This document shows positions 42,898 to 51,538 of a DNA stretch of 64,000 bases, piece by piece. The notes beneath the pieces are model-generated. The model saw nothing but the letters and a program-made list of their open reading frames with translations. It was not told where the DNA came from and did not search any database. The stretch's first letter is position 1. Each line of letters begins with the position of its first letter. The stretch lies in sequence record OR352947.1; one strand, given 5' to 3'. The position numbers and the translations under genes are program-made. This DNA is from Escherichia phage AV117.

Positions 42898-44586
42898 TTA
42901 TGAAACAGTCATTACCGTAAATCGTCCAACTTTGCTCATCTGAAGATGTTGTCCGTACCGTTGAGGGTCATGGTCTCGATGGGAGATAATGAACACATTA
43001 GTATTTTGTAAACTTCCAAGGATGGTATCTATAGCCTTAACAGCCTCAGAATCGACAGCACCATCAAAAACCTCATCAAGAATCAGAGTGTTGATTTTAA
43101 CACCAGAGACCTTTTCAGCAATATCTCGCCATGTAAACAACAATGCGATATCGATACGTGCCTTTTCACCTTGACTAAATGAAGCATAACTAAAATCTTC
43201 ACGACCACGTGATTTTATAGATTCATTGAATTCTTCGTCAATAGAAAACACGTAATCAGCTTCCATGATTTTAAGATAATGGTTAATCTGCTTGTTGAAC
43301 AGAGGCACATATTTTTTAATGATAGCACCTTTAATACCAGAATCTTTTAACATATCTGTGATAATACCACGATGGTATTTTTCAAGAACGATATCTGATT
43401 TTGTTTTAATGATTTTATCAAGTTCTTTTTGAAGCAAAGCTATCTCATCGGCATGGTCGATAAATTCAGCTGAGGCTTGTTCTATTGCAGCTTTAACTTT
43501 CTTAGCTTTATCAATAGTGGCAATCATTGCTTGTTTCTTAGTACGAATATCAGATGCAAGGTCCTGTTTAGTCTTAACATTAGCTCTATATTCGTCAACT
43601 AGGACACTCAGATTATCTCTGTGACATGTAAGTTGCTCGAATGAGTGATTACATTCGTGAAGCTTATCGGTAATCTTAGAGACAATAGGGTCACCCTGGT
43701 GCAACTGTGATGCGCAAGTAGGACATGTACCACCATCATGATACATCTTAATAACTTTATTATATGAGTCAATTTTAGATTTAATCAAGAATGCTTCTTG
43801 TCCTATCTTGTTGAATGCCTCAGTAGGGTCTTCATCAAGAACGATATTAAGTAGTCGCTCATTAGCTTCTTCGATTTCTGCTTTTAATGAACGAGCTTCT
43901 TTGGCTAGGTCGTCATACATATTCTGTAGACGCGCTACATTATCACCAGATAATTTCTTTTGACGTTCGATATTCTCGTTATAAATCTTAATTTGTTGGA
44001 TAATACCATCTTTCTTGGCATCGAGAACTTGTCCCTGGGAATTAAGTTCTCGAACTTGAGACTTATTGATTTTATCCATTTCAGCGAGTGTGCCGACTTC
44101 TAAAAGGTCTTCGACAAGTTTTCTGCGAGCAGGGGTGCTAAGAGCCATGAAAGGGGTATACCCTGCCGTCCCAAGCACAACGATTTGTTTAAAAGACGCG
44201 TATGACATTCCGATGCTACGTTCAAATTCTTCTTGGAAGTCACGACTGCTGGCAGATTCATCAAGACGAACACCGTCAACGGAGATTTCGAAAATATTGG
44301 GTTTTTGGCCACGTTTAATGAAGTATTTTTTACCATCGAATTCCATCCAAAGCTCAACTAAGAGCTCTTTCTTGTTCGTGCTATTAATGATTTGCCCTTT
44401 CTTAACATCACGAAATGGTTTACCGAAAAGTCCGAAAGTAATGGCTTCTAACATCGTAGATTTACCACCACCATTTTTACCAGTGATTAATGTCTTTTGG
44501 ACTTTATCTAATTGGATGTCAATAGGATTCCCACCTACCGACATGATGTTTTGATAACGAACACGATTTAATTTAAATGATTTCAT
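42898..44586 (-). CDS. 46: recombination endonuclease subunit gp46 (Rad50/SbcC-like ATPase)
   Basis: 562 aa; Walker A GKNGGGKST, long coiled-coil with CPTC zinc hook, C-terminal signature/Walker B (LILDE). Confidence 0.93.
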   Translation of the reverse strand: MKSFKLNRVRYQNIMSVGGNPIDIQLDKVQKTLITGKNGGGKSTMLEAITFGLFGKPFRDVKKGQIINSTNKKELLVELWMEFDGKKYFIKRGQKPNIFEISVDGVRLDESASSRDFQEEFERSIGMSYASFKQIVVLGTAGYTPFMALSTPARRKLVEDLLEVGTLAEMDKINKSQVRELNSQGQVLDAKKDGIIQQIKIYNENIERQKKLSGDNVARLQNMYDDLAKEARSLKAEIEEANERLLNIVLDEDPTEAFNKIGQEAFLIKSKIDSYNKVIKMYHDGGTCPTCASQLHQGDPIVSKITDKLHECNHSFEQLTCHRDNLSVLVDEYRANVKTKQDLASDIRTKKQAMIATIDKAKKVKAAIEQASAEFIDHADEIALLQKELDKIIKTKSDIVLEKYHRGIITDMLKDSGIKGAIIKKYVPLFNKQINHYLKIMEADYVFSIDEEFNESIKSRGREDFSYASFSQGEKARIDIALLFTWRDIAEKVSGVKINTLILDEVFDGAVDSEAVKAIDTILGSLQNTNVFIISHRDHDPQRYGQHLQMSKVGRFTVMTVS

Positions 44587-44837
44587 ATGTATTCTCTTCG
44601 AATGAAGTCCTCTACATATTTTAACATGTCATCTCTATCAGCAAAATATTCATCTAGTTCTGCATACATAACAACACCTGGTGCGTACTCACAGGTAACG
44701 TACATTGTTCCAAAGAAACGAGGAGTTGATTCCTCGTAATTCTCAGTCCATTCAACGATACCAATATAACCATCACCAATACTAAACTCATGACGATGGA
44801 TTTCATAATCTGTCTTAGTCATTATATGCATCCTCAA
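44583..44837 (-). CDS. hypothetical protein (84 aa)
   Basis: ORF between 46 and 47. Confidence 0.45.
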   Translation of the reverse strand: MRMHIMTKTDYEIHRHEFSIGDGYIGIVEWTENYEESTPRFFGTMYVTCEYAPGVVMYAELDEYFADRDDMLKYVEDFIRREYI

Positions 44838-45066
44838 TACACGCTTCAGCCATTTTAAGAATAGAGCCAGGAGTATCGTTGTCCATTATATTAAAGCTAA
44901 ATTCAATAGCCCAGTCGGTGCAGACATGAACTGCTTTAACTTCATTGCCTTCAACGCGTAATGGCTCAATCCAATACTTGATAGTGTTCTCGAATCCATC
45001 GTCATCTTTAACGTCCATTTCAACTTCAAGGTTGAGTCCAGCATTGTTAAATTCATCTAAAGTCAT
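44815..45066 (-). CDS. hypothetical protein (83 aa)
   Basis: ORF between 46 and 47. Confidence 0.45.
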   Translation of the reverse strand: MTLDEFNNAGLNLEVEMDVKDDDGFENTIKYWIEPLRVEGNEVKAVHVCTDWAIEFSFNIMDNDTPGSILKMAEACIEDAYND

Positions 45067-46082
45067 TGTGTTGCCTCAATATAAAGTTCGTTGGAATATT
45101 TGACCAGCGCTTCTCTGTCTTCGTCTGAGATATCTGGAATCGCGTCAATATATTCTTTAATGATATCTTGAAGTGATTTAATCTCGATTTCCTGGTCGTC
45201 ATCAGATTCAACACTGTTATCAACTTTAGAAACCATACGAAGAGAGTGAACTACTTTTTCAAGTTCAGATTCAAACTTAGTCAACTCTGAATCAATTTCT
45301 GATACTATAACACGTACGGCTAGATTAGTATAATCAGAATAATTGATTTTGCCTTTAAACGGATAAGTGATTCGTCGATGCCATGTTGTTTCATTAGGAA
45401 TAAATTCCATACGTTCAACATCGGTGTCAAATACCCAGAATCCTCGAGGGTCGTTTTCATCACCTGCAGTAAGGGTCCATGGTGTCCCAATATATTTGAC
45501 GTTAGCAGCTTCAGAGATTGTGTGGAAGTGGCCGGACCAGACTTGTTTATAGGTCTTTAAGAAATCAGGTTCAAGCCCATGAGACTTCATTCCTTTATAG
45601 AAATAAAAGCCATTCAGTTCCCAGTGCCCAACACAAAAAGAAGCAGATGAAGTTTTGATATGTTCAAGAATTTCACCAGTATTTTCTTCGCACATCCAAG
45701 GAATTAAATCAATCAAACATCCGTCAAAATCTACTGTAGTAGGCTTATCATATACTTTAACATTAGGATATTTAGCTAAAAGCTCAGTAGAAGCGTTTGG
45801 AGTTAAAGTATTTTTAAAGTGCATATCATGGTTTCCTACAACAGTATGTAGGGTAATACCAGCATCATCAAGCATTTGAACTATTTCACGTGCGAACTCC
45901 ATAGTTTTATGCGTGATTGCTTTTCGCACATCAAAAATATCACCGTATTGAATCCATGTAGTAATTCCATTTTTCTTGGAATATTCTATCGCCTGCTTAA
46001 TTCCATCCAACTGAATGGATTGAACCCACTCATCATCGGCTTTAACACCTAAATGCCAATCACCTAAATTTAAAATTTTCAT
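45063..46082 (-). CDS. 47: recombination endonuclease subunit gp47 (Mre11/SbcD-like)
   Basis: 339 aa; calcineurin-like phosphoesterase motifs (LGDWH, GNHD, GHWE). Confidence 0.93.
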   Translation of the reverse strand: MKILNLGDWHLGVKADDEWVQSIQLDGIKQAIEYSKKNGITTWIQYGDIFDVRKAITHKTMEFAREIVQMLDDAGITLHTVVGNHDMHFKNTLTPNASTELLAKYPNVKVYDKPTTVDFDGCLIDLIPWMCEENTGEILEHIKTSSASFCVGHWELNGFYFYKGMKSHGLEPDFLKTYKQVWSGHFHTISEAANVKYIGTPWTLTAGDENDPRGFWVFDTDVERMEFIPNETTWHRRITYPFKGKINYSDYTNLAVRVIVSEIDSELTKFESELEKVVHSLRMVSKVDNSVESDDDQEIEIKSLQDIIKEYIDAIPDISDEDREALVKYSNELYIEATQ

Positions 46083-46134
46083 ATTATTTCCTCATTAGTT
46101 AATTCATTCTATCATCCGTTTATAAAGCAAAAAA

Positions 46135-46154
46135 AGGAACTCCGAAGAGTTCCT
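46135..46154 (-). terminator. UUCG-tetraloop terminator upstream of gene 47
   Basis: aggaactc-cgaa-gagttcct; minus RNA followed by UUUUUUUGCUUU. Confidence 0.6.
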
Positions 46155-46368
46155 ATCCACATAGTACACCGTACAGAGGCTCATTTGAACTTTTAAATCG
46201 AATGGGCTTGTATGTAATAGTTCCTTCTGCTTTAGCTTTATCATGAGACTCTTTAAAACGTCTCATCATTTCTACTTTAGAGGAACGAATTTTATTATAA
46301 TCTATTTCAGAAGTCGGGATGTTCGTCATGCATAAGCACCTCTCAGAAAATGCCTAAATCAATTTCTC

Positions 46369-46590
46369 TCATCGTTTCCACCATTTCTTAACTTGAAATG
46401 AATCAACCCACACGAGTTGTTTTGGGTCTGCCTTTACAATAGGCGGACAAATTTCTGTAATAGAACCGTCGTGATATTCCTTTTCAGAGATTTTAACACA
46501 AAGAGGACCTCCCAATTTAAGGGTGAATCCTGCGTTCAGATTAAGACGTTTAAACTTTGTTTGAACTAGCGCCATTAATGATGTCCTCAA
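46369..46590 (-). CDS. hypothetical protein (73 aa)
   Basis: ORF. Confidence 0.4.
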   Translation of the reverse strand: MRTSLMALVQTKFKRLNLNAGFTLKLGGPLCVKISEKEYHDGSITEICPPIVKADPKQLVWVDSFQVKKWWKR

Positions 46591-46873
46591 TAGCCTGACG
46601 AGTAGTAACCCACTGGATTTTAATTAACTTGTCATTATATGGTTGTCGTAGAATATCCCGAGATTTCTTAATAGCATATTCGTAAGCTTCGAAGTTGTTT
46701 TGAATTGCTGCTTCTTGAGCATGAGCATAAAGACGGTTTAGTTCAAAACGATTCTTTTTAAGAATCTTTTCGGATTTTTTACGTGCTTCAGCTTCATTTT
46801 TCTTTTGGATTTCTTGTAGCATTTTAGCTACTGCATCTTCTGCTTCTTTATTTTCAATAATCTCGGTAGTCAT
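46550..46873 (-). CDS. hypothetical protein (107 aa)
   Basis: ORF, predicted helical. Confidence 0.45.
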   Translation of the reverse strand: MTTEIIENKEAEDAVAKMLQEIQKKNEAEARKKSEKILKKNRFELNRLYAHAQEAAIQNNFEAYEYAIKKSRDILRQPYNDKLIKIQWVTTRQAIEDIINGASSNKV

Positions 46874-46874
46874 A

Positions 46875-47168
46875 TTATCTCATTAAATTAAAATAAAAAC
46901 GTCCATCCTCTTCAATACAGAACTCATACTCGACCGGAGTCCCATTTATCGAAAATGACACGTCATGTGGGTTCAAAGGGTCGATGTCAAAATTAATTTT
47001 AAATTCACGACCCAACAGTTTTATCAAATAAGGGATTGCTTCGTCAAAAGGTTCTTCTAAGTAGTTAGAGATGTCAATTGTCATCCTCATATAAAAAATC
47101 CAAACTAGGCGAATCGCTAACAACTTCCTTCTTTTCAGCCCCAGGAGCTTTATAAGCGGATTCTTCAT
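46875..47168 (-). CDS. hypothetical protein (start probably internal)
   Basis: the track ORF overlaps the gene 55 3' end. Confidence 0.4.
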   Translation of the reverse strand: MKNPLIKLLGLKRRKLLAIRLVWIFYMRMTIDISNYLEEPFDEAIPYLIKLLGREFKINFDIDPLNPHDVSFSINGTPVEYEFCIEEDGRFYFNLMR

Positions 47169-47631
47169 AATGCGTCATTTTATCGTAGATGTCTTGAATA
47201 AACGTTTCATCTACCAACGCTACCATATCATCGTCATGACTGTCGTAGACGTTATGAACGAAGTAACTATATTTCTTTGCAACTTCCTTACGTTCTTTTT
47301 TGATACGTTGGACAAAAGCATTAAAACAAGCTCGAGTTATGTATGCATGTGGGTTATTGTACTTAGTTTCGTCGAAATTATGAAGTCCCTTAATAGAGGC
47401 TTCAATCCCATCTGCAATCATCTCCTGCTTCCAAGACTGGGTATATCCTGAAAAGTTGAAACGTTTGGACAGGCCTTCGGCGATAAGCATAATTGCTAAA
47501 CCGATGGTATCATTCTGACGAATAATTTTGTTTGGGTCTTTATTATTTAAGAGCTCCTTTTTCCACTCGATTATAGCGGCGAGAAGCTCTTTATTATTCA
47601 CATAGTTATTTTTAGGTTTTTGTTCAGTCAT
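47074..47631 (-). CDS. 55: late-transcription sigma factor gp55
   Basis: 185 aa; [64 protein letters not shown] matches my recollection of T4 gp55. Confidence 0.95.
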   Translation of the reverse strand: MTEQKPKNNYVNNKELLAAIIEWKKELLNNKDPNKIIRQNDTIGLAIMLIAEGLSKRFNFSGYTQSWKQEMIADGIEASIKGLHNFDETKYNNPHAYITRACFNAFVQRIKKERKEVAKKYSYFVHNVYDSHDDDMVALVDETFIQDIYDKMTHYEESAYKAPGAEKKEVVSDSPSLDFLYEDDN

Positions 47632-47703
47632 AAGTACCTCTTAGCTCAATTCATAGGTCTATTATATCATAATATTTAGAGACCTATCTTAAAGCACGAG
47701 ATA

Positions 47704-47973
47704 CTATCGGAGCAAACAATAAGCCTGAAACACTTTTTCCATTAAACGTTTGAACTCATGGATATCGATATAAAGCTCAGTAAGACCGGCATTATAAAGA
47801 AAATCTAAAAAGTTCTCATGTGTTTCGTTATAGTCGCCTTCGTTTAATTGAGATACATGAGTTTCCCAAAAACCAACACCTTTAACGAATGGAAAATACG
47901 TGACTTTCATGTATTCGTCAACATAAAATTCGCCCAGCTTTTCTTCAGTTATACTGATTCGAGTTAATTTCAT
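47704..47973 (-). CDS. hypothetical protein (89 aa)
   Basis: ORF. Confidence 0.45.
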   Translation of the reverse strand: MKLTRISITEEKLGEFYVDEYMKVTYFPFVKGVGFWETHVSQLNEGDYNETHENFLDFLYNAGLTELYIDIHEFKRLMEKVFQAYCLLR

Positions 47974-48197
47974 TCTAGTTCCTTTGCTGCTTCAAGAGCA
48001 TCATCCAACGAATCAAATTGGTCAACGAAATCGATATTCAACGCATCGTCAGCCGTAGCATATAGCCACCATTGTTTGAATTCATATTCTAGGATAAATC
48101 CAAGCCCTTCAATCTGAGAAAGACCTAGGCTATTTGTACCAACTTCGTAACCAGCTAGACGCAGGTCATTAATCAAAGATTCTGTTAATACGCTCAT
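47970..48197 (-). CDS. hypothetical acidic protein (75 aa)
   Basis: ORF. Confidence 0.45.
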   Translation of the reverse strand: MSVLTESLINDLRLAGYEVGTNSLGLSQIEGLGFILEYEFKQWWLYATADDALNIDFVDQFDSLDDALEAAKELE

Positions 48198-48565
48198 TTT
48201 ACCGCCTTAACAATTTTCAGGTCAACGAATTTTTTCTTACGTTGATTTTTCATACGACGGATAGTCTTTTCAGAGATTTCATGTTTCTGATAAGCTTTAG
48301 ATTCAACACCAAATGCAGCAACGTCAAATTCAGAAAGAATATATTGTACTAGAATTTCACGAATAGAATTACGTCCAATTTTCTGGTCGTGTTTTTGCAT
48401 GATTTCATAAAGACGGAATTCCCATGCGTCAAGGACTTGAGGAGTAACAATATTGCCGGATTCCAGAAGAGCAACAACTTTATCGAAAGCGAAAGAATTA
48501 ACTACGTTTTTGATTTTAGTAGACATATTATTTTCCTCGGTTATTTTATTATCCAATGAGAGCAT
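48194..48565 (-). CDS. hypothetical protein (real start probably internal MSTKIKN at about 48526)
   Basis: the track start overlaps the -10 of the duplicated promoter; internal start has a GAGGAAAA RBS. Confidence 0.45.
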   Translation of the reverse strand: MLSLDNKITEENNMSTKIKNVVNSFAFDKVVALLESGNIVTPQVLDAWEFRLYEIMQKHDQKIGRNSIREILVQYILSEFDVAAFGVESKAYQKHEISEKTIRRMKNQRKKKFVDLKIVKAVK

Positions 48566-48593
48566 TATACTCTGCTCTCAAGAGTTTGTGCAT
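48558..48593 (-). promoter_or_regulatory. early promoter, near-identical duplicate of the ndd promoter
   Basis: gagagcattatactctgctctcaagagtttgtgca, 1 mismatch over about 35 nt versus 3731-3766. Confidence 0.55.
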
Positions 48594-48832
48594 TATTCCG
48601 TGATAAGATAATGTAAATAGTTTGCTTGACGAACACTGATATCAACACCCATATCAAAGATACCTTTATAGAACGGGTATTTGTTTTCAGTAGAATCTAG
48701 ACTAAAAGCCTTTCCACCACAACTAACGGTAATAGCATCAGTTAAAGTGTCATATACAAACTTAATAGTTGAGCCATTCACTACGACTTCAAGACGTTTT
48801 TTCGATGTAATAACGTCTAATTCTTGTTCCAT
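48593..48832 (-). CDS. hypothetical protein (79 aa)
   Basis: ORF. Confidence 0.45.
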   Translation of the reverse strand: MEQELDVITSKKRLEVVVNGSTIKFVYDTLTDAITVSCGGKAFSLDSTENKYPFYKGIFDMGVDISVRQANYLHYLITE

Positions 48833-48895
48833 GATATTTTCCTCATTTTAAGACGATAGGAAGATAATAACACGTCTTCCTATCGTTGTACATTA

Positions 48896-49108
48896 TTAAC
48901 CGAACTTTTTAGCGCCTTTCCAGCCTTCATACATAGCTGCACAAGTCAGTAGTACAGCGTGCTGGCATTCTTTGTATTTGTAAATCCAGAACCAACGTAA
49001 AAAGTCTTCGTCCTCAACGCCGTTGAGTTTCATATTGGCAAAGAATTCGGCACGTTCTTCACGAAGTTGCCATGACACAATATTTTCAGGATTCATTTTG
49101 TGTTCCAC
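48896..49108 (-). CDS. hypothetical protein (70 aa)
   Basis: ORF. Confidence 0.45.
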   Translation of the reverse strand: MEHKMNPENIVSWQLREERAEFFANMKLNGVEDEDFLRWFWIYKYKECQHAVLLTCAAMYEGWKGAKKFG

Positions 49109-49320
49109 GTCCCATTTTCATCGATGAACTTAATCCAGTCATTTACAGACCATTTAGTTGTATCACCCTTTGGATTAACATTTAAAGTATATAATCCCTG
49201 CTTAAAAAGCATTCGTTTGATATTCATAATTTCCTCAACTGTAACGATAACATTCATTAGCTTTACGTTTGGCTTCAGTATGAGAAGTATTATAATCATA
49301 ATCTTCTTTACTGTAAACAT
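49093..49320 (-). CDS. hypothetical protein (start probably internal at about 49227)
   Basis: internal MNIKRM start has a GAGGAAATT RBS. Confidence 0.4.
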   Translation of the reverse strand: MFTVKKIMIIILLILKPNVKLMNVIVTVEEIMNIKRMLFKQGLYTLNVNPKGDTTKWSVNDWIKFIDENGTWNTK

Positions 49321-49555
49321 CTTTTTTCAACTTACGAACTTCTTTGCGGAGTTGTCGATTCATTTCGTTCTTGACTTCGGAATCAACGCCTTTCATACGT
49401 TTCCATTTATCTGAGCGGAAAATGTTTTCAACCATGTCTTTGTGGCTAACACCGTCAGGAGCTTTACGTTTACCAAAATAGTCGTAATCACGAACTTTCA
49501 AATCTTTACGACGATACGTTTTACCCATAAGTACCTCAGAGGTTGATTGATACAA
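49235..49555 (-). CDS. hypothetical basic protein (106 aa)
   Basis: Lys/Arg-rich ORF. Confidence 0.45.
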   Translation of the reverse strand: MYQSTSEVLMGKTYRRKDLKVRDYDYFGKRKAPDGVSHKDMVENIFRSDKWKRMKGVDSEVKNEMNRQLRKEVRKLKKDVYSKEDYDYNTSHTEAKRKANECYRYS

Positions 49556-49784
49556 TGCGTTTGATAAAATTCATTTCACTTACTGAAAGGTCTTTAAGAC
49601 CGATTGATTCTAAACGCTGAGTAAGCGTCAACATTGGGATATAGTCCCATTGTGTTTTAGACGTTTGATAAGTACGGACGCCATTAGCAATTTCAACATG
49701 CAAATCGGAAATGGTAACGAATACTGGACGTTCGTTGTTTACATTAAGAGTTAGAACAACTTTCTTTGAATCTAAACTAATCAT
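49536..49784 (-). CDS. hypothetical protein (82 aa)
   Basis: ORF. Confidence 0.45.
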   Translation of the reverse strand: MISLDSKKVVLTLNVNNERPVFVTISDLHVEIANGVRTYQTSKTQWDYIPMLTLTQRLESIGLKDLSVSEMNFIKRIVSINL

Positions 49785-50083
49785 GGCTTAATTTCCTTCG
49801 CAATTGAACAGAAGATACCACGGTCACAAAGCATTTCACCAATTTCTGGATATTTGATTGAACGGTACCAAACATCCAGGCTTGAAACTCTGGTTATCTG
49901 TATTGCATTACCATTGACAGAATAGTACTGGTCGACCTTAATTTCTTTATCTTCAATTGTCATTTTATTTTCCTCTATAGTAGATGGTTTAATCTTAACA
50001 CATCTATTGAGGATGTAAACTGTTTTATGAAAATATTTTCGATTTGAGAGGGGCACAAGGAGATAGTGAAGTGAAGATTCCAA
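49781..50083 (-). CDS. hypothetical protein (100 aa)
   Basis: ORF. Confidence 0.4.
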   Translation of the reverse strand: MESSLHYLLVPLSNRKYFHKTVYILNRCVKIKPSTIEENKMTIEDKEIKVDQYYSVNGNAIQITRVSSLDVWYRSIKYPEIGEMLCDRGIFCSIAKEIKP

Positions 50084-50128
50084 TGGATTATATTAGAAAT
50101 GAGATAAAGAAGACCAGGCGGCACCTGG

Positions 50129-50581
50129 TCAATCTTCTATGATATCAGAGTCATATCCTAATGAAATCAAGGACTTTTTAAACTCTGCAATATTCTTTTG
50201 TTTCTTATCATTTAAAAATATGACAGGATAACGAATATTAAGTGAAGTGAATCCTGCACGTTTAGCAAGAGATACGATTAAAGGACGGTCATATTCAATC
50301 TTACCATTATTAGTGAGGACTTTATAAAATGTATAAGGAGCATTGAGCTCCTTTAAAAGTTTTGTAACAGTATAACATCCCGGACAACGTCCTACTTCTT
50401 CAGGGATGCCATAAATTTCAATCTTGTTCTTTAAGTTCGAGTTTTGTTCCACGAGAAATAATTCCTTGGTAAGCCCAATAAGGAGGATTAACAGAATCCT
50501 CGCCAGAGTTTTCTTCAGGAAAATAAACCTGGATAACAAATCCAGATGCATCAAAGGTAAAATAAACCGTAGGCAGTTCAC
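50129..50581 (-). CDS. nrdH: NrdH-like glutaredoxin (true start probably internal, possibly GTG near 50452)
   Basis: CPGC redox motif in IEIYGIPEEVGRCPGCYTVTKLL; the N-terminal 45 aa of the track ORF overlap the upstream gene. Confidence 0.55.
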   Translation of the reverse strand: MNCLRFILPLMHLDLLSRFIFLKKTLARILLILLIGLTKELFLVEQNSNLKNKIEIYGIPEEVGRCPGCYTVTKLLKELNAPYTFYKVLTNNGKIEYDRPLIVSLAKRAGFTSLNIRYPVIFLNDKKQKNIAEFKKSLISLGYDSDIIED

Positions 50582-50735
50582 CTAACAATTCGGCGCGAGC
50601 ATTAATTTCTTCGAGATCTCGTTCACGTCCAGCCCAAAAACTAGGATTTAGACTACATTCATAGAAATAATAGTCATTACCGAACATATCAAAACCTTTC
50701 CAACTCTCTACCACATACTGCTCAAAACTAATCAT
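50418..50735 (-). CDS. hypothetical protein (105 aa)
   Basis: ORF. Confidence 0.45.
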   Translation of the reverse strand: MISFEQYVVESWKGFDMFGNDYYFYECSLNPSFWAGRERDLEEINARAELLGELPTVYFTFDASGFVIQVYFPEENSGEDSVNPPYWAYQGIISRGTKLELKEQD

Positions 50736-50737
50736 AA

Positions 50738-50977
50738 TTAAGCCTTTTTATCAAGAACAGAATTCAGTTTATTAGTAATTTTGTCCAAACGTTCATTGAA
50801 TTCGCTGGAGGATAAACCCTTTTCCGGAGAAATTAAACTAATCACGAAAAATACACCAGTAAAAGGAATAAGAAAAATAGCTCCAACTGCCATAAACAAA
50901 AAGAACGTTACAGTTGTAAGAAAATCAGCTAAACCTTTACGAAATTTATACATATTTACCCTTAATTGATTAACCAA
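50738..50977 (-). CDS. hypothetical membrane protein (79 aa)
   Basis: one long hydrophobic segment. Confidence 0.45.
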   Translation of the reverse strand: MVNQLRVNMYKFRKGLADFLTTVTFFLFMAVGAIFLIPFTGVFFVISLISPEKGLSSSEFNERLDKITNKLNSVLDKKA

Positions 50978-51067
50978 ACATTGATAAACACTAAACTATA
51001 TTGCGAATAAAATTCTGGACCAAAACGAAAAATCATATCATTTATAGTATCCATAGTGTAATTCAAT

Positions 51068-51538
51068 TTAATCATGTTTCCACACCCCATCGGTATTTGA
51101 CCAAAGTCGCTGATTATCTGATCCTCGCCACAGTTTTTTGGTCGGAAGATTTTTCTCATACTTCCCATCAATAATAACATCAACATATTTAAGCATTTCT
51201 AGTTGTTTAATATCTTCAAACTTGTACCCTGTCCACAACCAAATGCTTTTATTGGGATAAAGATTTTTTACTGTTTGAGCAATGCAATGAACAACATCTC
51301 TGTTATCAGGATAAAGAGGGTCTCCTCCAGTTATAGTTAATCCTTCTATATAATCATTATTCAAACATTCAATTAATTGCTCTAGTGTTTCACCAGTGAA
51401 TGGAATACCATTTCTAGCGTTCCATGTTGATTTATTATAACACCCTTCACATTTATGCAAACAACCTGTAACGAAAAGAACGACCCTGCATCCAGGGCCA
51501 TTCACAAAATCACAGGGATAAAATCTATCATAATTCAT
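51068..51538 (-). CDS. nrdG: anaerobic ribonucleotide reductase activating protein NrdG (radical SAM)
   Basis: 156 aa; CxxxCxxC radical-SAM motif (GCLHKCEGC); directly downstream of nrdD. Confidence 0.92.
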   Translation of the reverse strand: MNYDRFYPCDFVNGPGCRVVLFVTGCLHKCEGCYNKSTWNARNGIPFTGETLEQLIECLNNDYIEGLTITGGDPLYPDNRDVVHCIAQTVKNLYPNKSIWLWTGYKFEDIKQLEMLKYVDVIIDGKYEKNLPTKKLWRGSDNQRLWSNTDGVWKHD

